Below, one piece after another: positions 13,487-26,218 of a stretch of DNA of 64,000 nucleotides. The notes beneath the pieces were generated by a model that searched no databases, was not told the DNA's origin, and saw only the letters and a program-made list of their open reading frames with translations. The position numbers and the translations under genes were made by a program. This stretch comes from Leucoraja ocellata (lineage: Eukaryota): assembly GCA_036785375.1 (NCBI GenBank), contig JAWMAR010000227.1:1116001-1180000 (forward strand), in the 5' to 3' direction. Position 1 is the first letter of the stretch. Each line of letters starts with the position of its first letter.

Positions 13487-13657
13487 ATTAGTTGATGTCA
13501 CAAACAAGCAGTACTCATCAGGAATGTTGGATCGTATTTAAACCCATTTCTATGAGTATTTAATTAGGTGGGTTTTGAGGTAACCTGCGGGTACATTTAG
13601 TTTTTTGGTCGTATTATTCTGCCTCTTTGCCTCTAATAATGCTTGATTGTAATTACA

Positions 13658-15450
13658 TAGAAACATAGAAACATAGAAATTAGGTGCAGGAGTAGGCCAT
13701 TCGGCCCTTCGAGCCTGCACCACCATTCAATATGATCATGGCTGATCATCCAATTCAGTATCCCGTACCTGCCTTCTCTCCATATCCCCTGATCCCCTTA
13801 GCCACAAGGGCCACATCTAACTCCCTCTTAAATATAGCCAATGAACTGGCCTCAACTACCCTCTGTGGCAGAGAGTTCCAGAGATTCACCACTCTCTGTG
13901 TGAAAAAAGTTCTTCTCATCTTGGTTTTAAAGGATTTCCCCCTTATCCTTAAGCTGTGACCCCTTGTCCTGGACTTCCCTAACATCAGGAACAATCTTCC
14001 TGCATCTAGCCTGTCCAACCCCTTAAGAATTTTGTAAGTTTCTATAAGATCCCCTCTCAATCTCCTAAATTCTAGAGAGTATAAACCAAGTCTATCCAGT
14101 CTTTCTTCATAAGACAGTCCTGACATCCCAGGAATCAGTCTGGTGAACCGTCTCTGCACTCCTTCTATGGCAATAATGTCCTTCCTCAGATTTGGAGACC
14201 AAAACTGTACGCAATCCTCCAGGTGTGGTCTCACCAAGACCCTGTACAACTGGAGTGGAACCTCCCTGCTCCTATACTCAAATCCTTTTGCAATGAAAGC
14301 TAACATACCATTCGCTTTCTTTATTGCATGCCTACCTTCAATGACTGGTGTACCATGACACCCAGGTCTCGCTGCATCTCCCCCTTTCCCATTCGGCCAC
14401 CATTTAGATAATAGTCTGCTTTTCCGTTTTTGCCACCAAAATGGATAACCTCACATTTATCCACATTATACTGCATCTGCCAAACATTTGCCCACTCACC
14501 CAGCCTATCCAAGTCACCTTGCAGTCTCCTAGCCATCCTCCTCACAGCTAACACTGCCCCCCAGCTTAGTGTCATCCGCAAACTTGGAGATATTACCTTC
14601 AATTCCCTCATCCAGATCATTAATATATATTGTAAATAGCTGGGGTCCCAGCACTGAGCCTTGCGGTACCCCACTAGTCACTGCCTGCCATTGTGAAAAG
14701 GACCCGTTTACTCCTACTCTTTGCTTCCTGTTTGCCAGCCAGTTCTCTATCCACATCAATACTGAACCCCCAATGCCTTGTGCTTTAAGTTTGTATACTA
14801 ATCTCTTATGTGGGACCTTGTCGAAAGCCTTCTGGAAGTCCAGATACACCACATCCACTGGTTCTCCCCTATCCACGCTACTAGTTACATCCTCGAAAAA
14901 TTCTATAAGATTCGTCAGACATGATTTACCCTTTGTAAATCCATGCTGACTTTGTCCAATGATTTCACCACTTTCCAAATGTGCTGCTATCCCATCTTTA
15001 ATAACTGACTAGCAGTTTCCCCACTACCGATGTTAGACTAACTGGTCTGTAATTCCCCATTTTCTCTCTCCCTCCCTTCTTAAAAAGTCGGGTTACATTT
15101 GCTACCCGCCAATCTTCAGGAACTACTCCAGAATCTAAAGAGTTTTGAAAGATTATTACTAATGCATCCACTATTTCTGGAGCTACTTCCTTAAGTACTC
15201 TGGGATGCAGCCTATCTGGCCCTGGGGATTTATCGGCCTTTAATCCATTCAATTTACCCAACACCACTTCCCGGCTAACCTGGATTTCACTCAATTCCTC
15301 CAACTCCTTTGACCCGCGGTCCCCTGCTATTTCCGGCAAATTATTTATGTCTTCCTTAGTGAAGACGGAACCAAAGTAGTTATTCAATTGGTCCGCCATA
15401 TCCTTGTTCCCCATGATCAACTCACCTGTTTCTGGCTGCAAGGGACCTAC
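13658..15450 (-). mobile_element. CR1 (HER1-like) LINE, 5'-truncated, RT domain with frameshifts
   Basis: [41 protein letters not shown] and FADDTKL motifs across split ORFs; (TTTCTATG)n tail; TSD attaca at 13652-13657 and 15451-15456. Confidence 0.95.
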
Positions 15451-15769
15451 ATTACACAACTTTGCTTTGACTATCCAAAAAATTGAGGTGCAGAATTAAA
15501 GTTTGCTCTTGCAGAATTTGTGAATGGACAGAGTTTCATTTCTTGATGTGTGCACAGATGATGCGGCTTTGCACTGAAGATAATTGACACAATAAGGGCA
15601 GTTTGAGGAAAGCAAACCTCATTCCCCACCCCAGTAATGTGGGGTCACTTGCATTGGAGTGCATAAGATGCTGTAAGTTGATGGCTGCAGAGAATTGGGA
15701 ATGAAATGGACTTCATAGGAAGACCATGAAGGAGCCAGTTTAGTGAGCATGGGTAAAAGTGAGTAAATA

Positions 15770-16100
15770 TAAGTGAGTGCAAGTGGAGAGGATGTTTCCA
15801 ATAGTGGGACAGTCTAGGACCCGTGGGCACAGCCTCAGAATAAAATGATGTACCTTCAGAATGGAGATAAGGAGGAATAGCCTTAGCCAGACGGTGGTAA
15901 ATCTGTGGAATTCCTTGCATGTGGAGGTCAAGACATTGGATATTTTCAAAGTGGAGGTTGATGGGTTCTTGATTAAGGATGTCAAAGGTTACAGGGCAAA
16001 GGCCGGAGAATTAGGTTAAAGGAAAAAATGATCAGCAATGATCAAATGGCGGAGCAGACTTGGAGGGCCGAATGGCCTAATTCTGCTTGTCTTGTGGTCG
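15770..16100 (+). mobile_element. Older CR1 3' fragment
   Basis: gggcacagcctcagaataaa...gtggtaaatctgtggaattccttg and CR1 3' UTR remnants. Confidence 0.7.
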
Positions 16101-16692
16101 TGTATGATTATACGGGACAGCCGGCAAGGTTTGCATTGTTTCCAAAGAAGATCGTCATGGTGTTTTTATCCTTGATGTCACGGCTTTGCCTGCAGATATT
16201 TTTTTGAAGCAATGAAACAGGATGTTATCAGCTGCTGTCCATGCTTTGCCATTTCAAGTTGGAACAATGTCTTTTGTAAAATGTTATGACATTGACCCAG
16301 TCTCCAACAAAACCACATTAAAGCCCTATGAAAAGTTGTATACATTATTGCACTGAAAATGGTGGTGACCCTCTGCTTTGTGGCTCTGTATGTGTATTTT
16401 AAGTATCTGAGCATTTCTGCAGTTCAAAGATAGGGTTGATAGCACCTTGGTAGCTTATTTAGGATATTGAAGATACATTGAAATGATTCGTGTTTCAGGA
16501 TAAGTCTGTGTGCTAGAGAATGCATGTGGCTTGGACTGTACATAATGGGTGAGATGGTTGCATTGAAATGCCAGACTACCTAGTACTTGGAGATACAGCA
16601 TTGAGCCAGGCCCTTCAGCCCACTGAGTTCATGCCAACCATCGATTATCTGTTCACACAATTCTGTTATCCCATTTTCTCATCACTCCTTAA

Positions 16693-17360
16693 GGGGCTGT
16701 CCCACTGCGGCGACCTAGTTCAGAAGAGTTTGCCCTCGACTCAAACTCTCAGCATGGTCGACATATGAGGTCACTGAAACTCTCCTTCATGCTCGAGGGA
16801 AGTTCCCGCATACTCGCCGCCTCGGCTAGGATGCAGAAAATTTTCAGCATTTTGACATTTTTTCCGCAAGTAAAATCTGGTCGGCATGGTTCGTTTTAAC
16901 TCGTGGTGCGGGGTCGCTATGTAGTTGCAGGCAGTCGAGGGCAGCCGTAGGCAATCTCCTTCACTGACTGGGCATTTTGATTGGCTCATTGGAGTTTTCA
17001 GGAAGAAGGAAAACCGACCGGTAGGTAAAATGCCCGCTAAACTTTATTATTCTTAAAAGTGTCTCCACGCCCTCTCTCTCTTCTCCCCCCCCCCCCCCCT
17101 CAATGATTTACCATTAATGTGCAGTCATCTTTTACCTTCCTCTTCATCGCGGGTGTGAATTTCAGACAGCGCTCCCCCTCTTTCCCTGGCCCCCACCTTT
17201 GCAGTGTGTGTGTGTGTGTGTACGGTCGGTCGATCCAGTTCGCGGTTTCAACGCGGAAGGTCGATCCCGCTCGAGGCTTTCCAGGCGAGTGCCCTCGAGC
17301 TTGAAGGTCGAAGTCACTCTTCTTAACTCGCGGATTAGGTCGCCACAGTGGGACATCCCC
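16693..17360. mobile_element. PIF/Harbinger-like MITE inserted in a V-SINE
   Basis: 25-bp TIR gggg(c/a)tgtcccactg(c/t)ggcgaccta; TAA on the left. SINE halves lie at about 16585-16690 and 17361-17537. Confidence 0.75.
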
Positions 17361-18048
17361 AGGGGCAATATACAGAAGGCGATTAACCTACAAACCCACA
17401 TGTCTTTGGGATGTGGGAGGAAACCCCTGCAGTCACAGGGAGAACGGGCAAATTCCACACCAACAGCGCCAGAGGTCAGGATCGAACCTGGGTCCCTGGC
17501 GCTGTGAGCAGCAGCTCTACCAGCTGCATCGCTGTGTCCAAACTGGAGCATCTCAATTCTGTATCCTGCCGCTGGTTAAATTAAATTCTGAATATTTTAT
17601 CTTGAAAGATGGAAGTGTTTCCCTCCTATGGTCAAACAAACAACTTTGGGGTTTTTTTTTGCGCTGATATTGTGGCTATTAATTTATTGATTGAATCTGT
17701 GTATTAATTTTATGGGTCTTAAGCTGCTGCAAGTAAGAATGTAATTGTTGTTGTTGGTACATATGACAATTAAACACTTGACTCTTGAGTGGCATTGGAT
17801 AAATAGAACTTTTAAAAAAAAAAACCTTTTTCAGGTTTTGCTTTAAATCCGTGTATTTGCATAATTAAAATAATTAAAGTATGGCCATTTGACTCGGTAG
17901 AAACAAGAACCCAAGTATAGATAATACAATCCTTGGTCACCTGTCCTTGGAGTTTTACCTTGTCTCAAGCCACCATCTAGTGAACAACAATTTATCAATG
18001 AATTGAGAGAAAATGTATCTTTTAAATTACATAGAAATGGTAGTGATG

Positions 18049-18342
18049 GGTGGCACGATGGCGTAGCGGTAGAGCTATTGCCTTACAGCGCCAGAGACCC
18101 AGGTTCAATTCTCACTACAGGTGCTGTCTGTACGTACTGCACGTAACCTGCGTTTTGCTCAGATCTTCGGTTTCCTCCCACACTCCCAATACGTACAGGT
18201 TTGTAGGTTAATTGGCTTGGTATAAATGTAAATTGTCCCCAGTGTGTGGAGGATAGAGTAAGTGTGCAGGGATCACTGGTCGGTGCGGACTCGGTGGGCC
18301 GAAGGGCCTGTTTCAGCACTGCATCTCTAAACTAAACTAAAA
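18049..18342 (+). mobile_element. HE1-like V-SINE, full length
   Basis: A box tggcgtagcgg, B box ggttcaattct, V domain, tail ctaaactaaactaaa. Confidence 0.85.
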
Positions 18343-18456
18343 TAAATTTGTTATTGAGACGTTGGGCAATGCCTTGAAACTATTTACACAGCAGCTAAAA
18401 TATTTCACTGTCATGAACTAGAAGCCATTAACTATTAGCTTGTGAATTCGTTACAG

Positions 18457-18538
18457 GAAAATGAAGGGATTAAAAAATCATCTGAAGATGAAGCGGAGGT
18501 TGATGGCACCAACACACCCCTTCCTGATGACACTGCTG
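18457..18538 (+). CDS. MXRA7: Probable internal coding exon of MXRA7 (acidic linker, ENEGIKKSSEDEAEVDGTNTPLPDDTA-)
   Basis: Flanked by acceptor ttacAG (18451-18456) and consensus donor GTAAGT (18539). 82 nt and open; it ends in phase 1, so it joins the 33511 exon in frame (G+AT = Asp). Acidic composition fits the MXRA7 middle region, but the sequence itself is poorly conserved. Confidence 0.8.
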
Positions 18539-19762
18539 GTAAGTTGATTTTCTGCCGATAACTACACTAACTGCACAGGCAACGCATTTGAATTCTCATC
18601 AGTACTTCACGTAAAGATTAAAAGATTGCCTCCATCAATTTGTTATTACCTATTATGGGATTCCACATGTGTACGACAATGCAAGGAGATTTCTGCTTCG
18701 GCTAAGCCCCCAAAGAACTCTGGTCAAATATTGTTGAATTTGCACAATGGCGGACAAGACGAATATATTTTTTCCTCCCACTTCTCTTTCCTCATAATTA
18801 TTAACTCTAGTCTCCCCTTGGCTGCCTCCATCCTGTCTCGTAACCAAAACGCAATGTTCCTAGTGAATCGCTCCAGGCTATCATCTGCTTCCCTAGCATA
18901 GTGAACACAAGTCTCCTGTACTCCAGCTGTACTGAGTCAATGTTTGCAGCATGATGTGTCAGCTCTTGTATTCTAAACCCTGTCGAATGTAGGTCACAAT
19001 CCCGTAAATTCTCTTCACCACATCGACTTGTGCTACCATCTCTTGGATGTGTGCTCTTTTCATCAATATTTCTCAGTCCCCACCATTCATGGTGTATACC
19101 TTGCGAATGTTAGACCTCCCAAAAAGCAGCATTTTGCTTATTGGGATTAAATTCCATCTGCTGTTGCTATACCTAACATAGCAGTGGATTTTGAAACAAA
19201 AACATGCTGGCAGCACTAAGCCAGTCGAGCAACATTTGTGGAAAGAGAGATTGGTTTAGTAGATTGGTTAACATTTGTGGAAAGAGAGATTGGTTATGTA
19301 GGGCCTTCAGCTGCAAGTAAGACTGTCATTGTTCTGTTTCGGTATGCATGACGGCGAAACGCTCTTGAGAACAGGGAGGCAAGGTTCATGTAACAGGATG
19401 GGAGGGGATGGCAGATTGGACATAAATGACTGTAATGAGGTGAAACGATGGAACAGTCAAACAGACTGTCAAACTCTTTGCTACTAATGTTGTGATGTCT
19501 GACTATCGTTTGGCGTACTGAAACAAGGGCAGAGCAGAATAAAAGGAAAAAGAATGCCAGCCCTGACACAAGAGGGAAGTTAACCAATATTTGGTATTGA
19601 ATTCCACAGGCTGTGATATGTCAGGGTGGGGGAAAAAGTGTTGCTTCAGCTTACATTGTGGATGAATGTAACAGTGCAGGAGGACATGGAAAGAGTGGTG
19701 AATTAAAATGGCAGGCACTAACTCTGTCCTGTGTTTGAGCATCCCAGACTTTTGCACCAGAG

Positions 19763-19763
19763 C

Positions 19764-19789
<26 letters not shown>
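19763..19789. repeat. Poly-G run
   Basis: Directly visible; a similar G-rich run lies at about 53548-53582. Confidence 0.9.
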
Positions 19790-19794
<5 letters not shown>

Positions 19795-21324
19795 TATAAT
19801 TCACAAACCCATTTGCAGTTGCAACCAAGGAAATTACTGCCGGCTCTTACAATCAAATCCCTCTTCTACTGGAGCCCTCTCCACAGCTTCTCATTCAATA
19901 TTTAATCTTGTCCAATGATTGCATTACCTCAACTGTTTCATTGTAGTTAAAGCATGGTTTAATTTGTAATTTGGGCTTGATGTCTGGATTTCTTTGATAT
20001 TCGTGTTAATAAAAGTTCTTATTAACATGATTTTATTCTTCTTATCGAGTCCACATCGCAAGGTGAGAAATTGTTCAGCCAGAGCTGAACACACTTCTCG
20101 GCATCTGCATACAATGGAGTCTTGCTCATCTTGTGCATAGTGGTGGAAAGATTGGTGGATACAGGGTCGCGACTTGAACGTTCTTTCCTTGGCCCCACGA
20201 TTTTATTAACGAAGCATTTTATAGTTTATTTCATTGATGCTTAAGTCTCAATTTGACAATAATAAAATGTAATCAGAATGTTAACATTAGCATTTAATGG
20301 CGACCAGAAGCCTTTTCAGATTCTGTAGGTGAATGCAAATCTAAGCCAAACATGATTTGTGTAGAGTTGTTGCTGTTCCCAGTTATTCCTACATTTGTTT
20401 TTCAAGTGATCTAACCAGTTTCCAAGTCAAATTATTTGTTGCGTCCAAAAGTGTGGCTTCTCTCCCTCGGCCCAACTCTCTTACTGTCCATTTCTGAAGA
20501 AAACCACAAGTATAGTCAGAATTACAATATCATGCTTCAAAAACATGTGGTGTATCCATTTTGATACCTTTACCGTAAAGAATTACTGGAAGGGTTGCTC
20601 AAGTTGAGGATGTATATAATGCTTTTCATAGAATATTTTCTTGCTGAAGATGTTGAACAACCTGCCTGGTAGCTTTTAAACTCTAGTTTAGTTCCCTATC
20701 CTACTTGCACATATCCCTACTTCTTGAGCATTTTTCTCATTTGTAAACTTTGATGCAATTTCTAAAGGCAGACTTTGTTTTAAAAATGTAGCCCTTTAGC
20801 TTTGGAGCAATTTCTTTCCCCTTGTCCTCTTCAAGTATTGCAAAAAAGACTCTTGGACTATCTTTAATCGGACATTACTATACTTTATCACACTGAACGT
20901 TTTCCCCTTAATCATGTGTCTGTATACTGTGGATGGCTCTTGTGATCATGTGTAGTTTTCAGCTGACTGGTAGATGTGCAACAAATGCTTTTCACTGTAC
21001 ATCGGTACACTAACACTAAACAAAGAATCTTCAGTTGTGAATATGGTTGGGTGCACCTTCTGCTGGCCACCACTGCACCAAGCAGGTCCAGGTATTTTGC
21101 CATTTGGACAATTCCAGGTAGGTGGCAAGTGCTTTTTCCAGGCCTGCAACTGAAGTGAGCAAGTGATAGCAGCCATGGGAAGGTTGTCAATAAAGCTAGA
21201 TGACCACTATTCTTAATTTGGTTCTGTATAGCTATGTTTCTTATGCTTGGGACCATTTTGTCATTTTGCATGCATAGAGATATCGCTACTTTTAACCAGA
21301 GTGTTTACCTACTTTGAAGGACCA

Positions 21325-21860
21325 AGATAGAGCATCTGAGATCCGCATTGAATCCTGGCTACGGGTGCTGTCTGTACGAAGTTTGTTCTTCTTATGACCG
21401 TGTGGGTTTTCTCCAGGTGCTCCAGTTTCCTCTCGCATTCCAAAGATGTGCAGCTTTGTCAGCTAATTGGCTCCCGTAGGTTGTCCCCAGTGTGTAAGGT
21501 AGAACCACCTTGTGGGCGGCACAAACTTGTTGGGCCGAATGGCCTGTTTCCACACTGATCTCTAAACTAAACACTTAGTTTGGGGATACAGCGCAGAAAC
21601 AGGCCCTTCGGCCCACAGAGTCCATGCCAACCAGTGATCCCCGCACATTAACACTGTCCTACACACATTTGGGACAATTTTACCAAGCCAATTAACCTAC
21701 AAAGCTGTATGTATTTGGAGTGTGGGAGGAAACTGGAGCACCCAGGGAAAGCCCATACGGTCACAGGGATAATGTATAAATTCCATACAGTCAGCACCTA
21801 GTCAGGATTGAGTCTGAATCTCCAAGGCAGCAGCTCTACAACTGCATCGCCGAGCCTGCC
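21325..21860. mobile_element. Two HE1-like SINEs tail-to-tail (+ then -)
   Basis: The + copy ends ctaaactaaac at about 21572; the - copy begins ttagtttggggatacagcgc at about 21576. Confidence 0.75.
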
Positions 21861-22363
21861 CTAACTGGCAAACGTTGCAGAAGTTGACATGGGAGCATTT
21901 CTAGTATGGTTTTCTGGATATTGGATGCTTGCAGTCTGGTGTTGATATCTCAGCAGGAAATTTGAACAGTCCTTGGAGTTTAATTTTGGATTGCATGTTA
22001 TTGTCAAACTTGGCATGTTAATCCTGGCCACGTTCCCCAAAGCTCCTTCCTCCCTGCAGTCAAATTTGTTTCCCTGGACCCTGCCGATTTGTGAAGTCTG
22101 ATGTTGGTCACATCCTACAAGGTATGCAGGGCTATGTTTACTTTAGCTCGATCAAATACCAGACAAATACCAAAGCAACTTCACAATAAGAATATTTATA
22201 TTTTAGCATCATGTCGAGTCCTGGTCAAACAATGTGAAAACTGTCCCTTTGGCCCAACATGCCCTCTAAATCTATCCTATCCATGTACTTGTCCAAATAT
22301 CTCAAGTTGTGATAGGACGTGCCTCAACTACCTCTTCCAGCAGCTCGTTCTATATACCCACTA

Positions 22364-24084
22364 CAGGGCTCGAAATTTAAAGTTGCCTGGATGCCAATGG
22401 CCACCAAGTCTTGCCGGGCAACCTAAAAGCCGTGCCATTTTGCCCGGCTTGGAAAGCACCCCGTACACCTATCGTTCAACTGAGTGTGGGCCCCCGCGAC
22501 CGCTGAAAACCAACGCAGAAACACTCGCTGGAGCTGGAGTAACTCCCTGGAGTAACACTTGCTTCTGGTTTCCTGGTCCTCCAAAAATATTCCAAATGGA
22601 ATTTAAACTGGAGTGGACCCTCCACCTCCAAACTCTGAAAAATAACAGCCTATTGCACTTTATTTGTTTATTTATTGTGTGTATATATATGGTGTATGGT
22701 ATACAGACACACTGAACTTTTATCTCCTGTTCTGTATTATATTCACATATTCTGTTGTGCTGCAGCAAGCAAGAATTTAATAGTCCTATCTGGGACACAT
22801 GACAATAAAACTCTCTTGACTTGGACTTAAGCAAAAAAGGGTTCTTGGGGGGAAAAGAGGTACCTTAAATTTAGTTGCGTCTATTTGGGTAACTATAGTA
22901 GGGTGAAGACTATTCCATGCTCTAATTGTGAGGGGGAACTCCATGGAGCAGCCAGCATCCAGTTTTTAGTTTAATTTAAAGATACAGCGTGGAAACAGGC
23001 CCTTCGGCCCACCGAGTCCTCGTTGACCACCGATCACCCGTACGCTAGTTTTATCCCACACATTAGCGACTTAAGTCGAGAGTTTTTTTTCTCGCACGTC
23101 CTAGTTAGAACAATGAATTCCTTACTTGCAGCAGCACAACAAAATATGTAAACATAGTACTCTGTCAACAATGTTATAAACGAGAAAACAAAACTGTGTA
23201 TAATCACGCACGCACACGCGCGCGAACAGCCTCTGCAGAAAGCCAATGGGAGGAGATGGGAAGATGTAGCCAGTGGTGGGATCCCGTTGATAGACAAAGG
23301 TGGAGAAAATCAGCGGGTGAGGCAGCATCTATGGAGCGAAGGAATAGGTGATATTTCGGGTCGAGACCCATTTTCAGACTGATGTCGTGGGGGGAAAGAA
23401 AGGAAGTGGCGGAGACAGTAGGCTGTGGGAGAGCTGGGAATGGGAGGGGAAAGAGGGAGAAAGCAAGGACTACCTGAAATTGGAGAAGTCAATGTTCATA
23501 CTGCTGGGGTGTAAACTACTCGAGCCAAATATGAGGTGCGGTTCCTCCACTTTGCGGTGGGCCTCACTCTGGCCATGGAGGAGGCCCAAGACAGAAAGGT
23601 CGGATTCGGAATGGGAGGGGGAGTTGAAGTGCTAAGCCACCGGGAGGTCAGGTTGTTTATTGAGAACTGAGTGGAGGTGTTGTGCGAAGTGATCGCCAAG
23701 CCTGTGCTTGGTCTCACCGAGGTTGATCATAAACTGAATAATCCAACCACATTTTTGTTTGGAAGTGGAAAGAAATAATAGAAATTGCATTCATTGCAAC
23801 ATGTAAAAAGAGTTGAGATACTGTATTATAATTTTGCTGCGTGTCATTGTGGCATAAATCATGCCTTGATTGATGAATATGTTTAGTTTGTGATGTTATT
23901 TGAAGCAGAAATAATATGCGAATACTTCATTGAGCATAATTCCGACTGGTAACTACACAATTCGCACGCACATTATCGCATGCGTCATGCAAGCGTCATG
24001 ACCACCTAAACGGTCATTTGGCAACCTAAAAAGCTGCCAAGGTTGCCCGGCTGGAAACGGAAAAAAAGTTAAGTGAGATCCCTG
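22364..24084. mobile_element. Non-autonomous hAT-like DNA transposon with 6-bp TSD, containing nested retro-fragments
   Basis: Ends caggg...ccctg; direct repeat ccacta at 22358-22363 and 24085-24090; subterminal ggcaacctaaaa at both ends. It interrupts a CR1-type 3' fragment. Confidence 0.6.
23290..23720 (-). mobile_element. Penelope-like element 3' end: decayed GIY-YIG endonuclease C-terminus plus pLTR
   Basis: Minus translation GETKHRLGDHFAQHLHSVLNKQPDLPVA*HFNSPSHS...VEEPHLIF...HPSSMNIDFSNFR*, followed by a pyrimidine tract and the hammerhead-bearing repeat. Confidence 0.85.
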
Positions 24085-24144
24085 CCACTACCCTTTAACC
24101 TTCGCCTTAAACCTATGTCCTCTGATTCTCAATTTGCACTTTTT

Positions 24145-24437
24145 TTGGAGATACAGCACTGAAACAGGCATTTCGGCCCACCGAGTCCGCGCAGACCAGC
24201 GATCCCCGCACATTAGCACTATCCTACACATTCTAGGGGACAATTTACACTTATACCAAGTATACAAACCCAAGCCAAGTAACCAAAAAACCTGTACGTC
24301 CTTGGAGTGCGGGTGGAAACCGAAGATCTCGGAGAAAACCCACGCAGTGACGGGGAGAACGTACAGACAGCACAGTAGTCTGGATCGAACCCACGTCTCT
24401 GACTCTACAAGCACTGTGAGGCAGCAACTCTACCGCT
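24145..24437 (-). mobile_element. HE1-like V-SINE
   Basis: Reverse complement closely similar to 18049-18342. Confidence 0.8.
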
Positions 24438-24711
24438 TAGATATCTAGATAATTACAGCTGCGTCCACTGGACTGGAGGGCGGCAGCTTCGACCACCCCG
24501 GGCCACGGAGCTTAACCGGCCCGTTCGCGCTCAGTTGAGCCGCGGGACTTACTTACCACCATACTCACCACCACCATTACTCACCACCCACAACGGAAGC
24601 CTGGATCGCTTCAGTGCAGAGGGGGAACAAGGAGGGAAGAGACAGAGACTTAAGACTTTTGCCTCCATCACAGTGAGAGGTGCCTAGTGAACTCACTGTG
24701 GTGGATGTTAA

Positions 24712-24975
24712 GGTACACAAAATTGCTGGAGAAACTCAGCGGGTGCAGCAGCATCTATGGAGCGAAGAAAACGGGCGACGTTTCGGGCCGAAACCCTTCT
24801 TCAGACTGATGGGGGGGTGGGAGGGGAGAAGGGAGGAAAAGGGGAGGAGGAGGAGCCCAAGGGCGGGGGGATGGGAGGAGACAGCTCGAGGGTTAAGGAA
24901 AGGGAGGAGACAGCAAGGGCTAGCAAAATTGGGAGAATTCAACATTCATGCCATCAGGATGCAAGCTGCCCAGGC
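24712..24975 (-). mobile_element. Young Penelope-like 3' fragment with TSD
   Basis: RLGSLHPDGMNVEFSQFC* then pLTR with intact hammerhead motif; TSD ggatgttaa at 24703-24711 and 24976-24984. Inserted in a GC-rich element spanning about 24460-25095. Confidence 0.85.
24774..24807 (-). ncRNA. Minimal type I hammerhead ribozyme motif in a Penelope pLTR (best-preserved copy)
   Basis: Minus strand AGU-CUGAAGA-A-GGGU(UUCG)GCCC-GAAACGUC-GCC. This gives a CUGANGA box, 4-bp helix II, GAAA box, palindromic minimal helix III and a GUC cleavage triplet. Confidence 0.75.
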
Positions 24976-25282
24976 GGATGTTAATTTGTGTTTATTGTAT
25001 GTTTCGTTATTTATTATTATATGTATGACTGCAGGCAACAAAATTTCGTTCAGACCAAAAGGCCTGAATGACAATAAAGGAATCCAATCCAATTCTGAAT
25101 GAATGATATTTTATTGTCGCATGTACCTAGGTAGAGTGAAATGCTTTGTTTTACATTCAACAGAGGCAGTACACAAGTGTCGCCAAGTGTCTGGTGCCGA
25201 CAAATGACTCTCCGCAAAACTCTGTGCATTTACCCGATCTATTCCCCTCATGATTTTGTATATATCTTTTGAACTGCTGACC

Positions 25283-25590
25283 GCTCCAGAACCAGGGGCC
25301 GCAGTTTAAAAATAAGGAGTAAGCCATTTAGAACGAAGACGAGGAAACACTTTTTCTTACAGAGAGTGGTGAGTCTGTGGAATGCTCTGCCTCCGAGGGT
25401 GGTGGAGGCAGGTTCTCTGGATGCTTTCAAGAGAGAGCTAGATAGGGCTCTTAAAAATAGCGGAGTCGGGGGATATGGGGAGAAGGCAGGAACTGGGTAC
25501 TGATTGGGGATGATCAGCCATGATCACATTGAATGGCGGTGCTGGCTCGAAGGGCCAAATGGCCTACTCCTGCACCTATTGTCTATTGTC
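25283..25590 (+). mobile_element. CR1 3' fragment, subfamily with (CTATTGT)n tail
   Basis: RTRGRSLKI...RVVSLWNALP remnants and CR1 3' UTR. Confidence 0.8.
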
Positions 25591-26002
25591 TGTTGGGGAA
25601 AAAGTATCCCTGGATCTGGAGGTATGCATTTTCACAGTTCTGTACCTCTCGCCTGATGAGAAAGGGGAGAAAAAAGTGTGACCTCGTGAGATTATGGAGT
25701 TGCAAACCGTGCACATGATCCTAGTGCTGCATTTGTGACTGTGTACCCATGTATCACACCCATTAGATTAACTGGCTTTGTGTCTATCACCTATTTAATT
25801 GAGCTAGGAAGGCATGAAGACAACTGCACAAAACTTCATTGGGGCTTGGTTATCCGTGAGTGAACATGTTAGGCAGTGTAGACTTTCAGATTCCTACTTT
25901 CGTTTCAGTAAACCTTCCAACAGGTAGCAACTTGAGCCTTGGATTGCCATGGAATAGAATTTTGCTTTGAACATGTCGATGCGGCAGTTCTGAATTTGTA
26001 AC

Positions 26003-26218
26003 ATACATAGAAACTAGGTGCAGGAGTAGGCCATTCGGCCCTTCGAGCCTGCACCGCCATTCAATATGATCATGGCTGATCATCCAACTCAGTATCCCGT
26101 ACCTGCCTTCTCTCCATACCCCCTGATACCCTTAGCCACAAGGGCCACATCTAACTCCCTCTTAAATATAGCCAATGAACTGGCCTCAACTACCCTCTGT
26201 GGCAGAGAGTTCCAGAGA
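26003..26218 (-). mobile_element. Short young CR1 3' end
   Basis: Near-identical to the 3' ends of the 3723 and 13658 copies; TSD gtaac at 25998-26002 and 26219-26223. Confidence 0.88.

Noticed and set aside
18049-18125. tRNA genes suggested by A/B boxes
   Set aside because: These are tRNA-derived SINE heads continuing into V-domain and LINE tails, with no complete cloverleaf.
19231-19295. 26-bp direct repeat aacatttgtggaaagagagattggtt, superficially CRISPR-like
   Set aside because: Only two copies with a 13-bp spacer that itself repeats part of the unit; slippage duplication in eukaryotic DNA.
20050-20062. Candidate microexon (pyrimidine tract, gAG acceptor, AAG|GTGAGA donor)
   Set aside because: 13 nt would shift the frame between two phase-1 junctions, and the GAG acceptor is weak. 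It can only be judged with RNA-seq.
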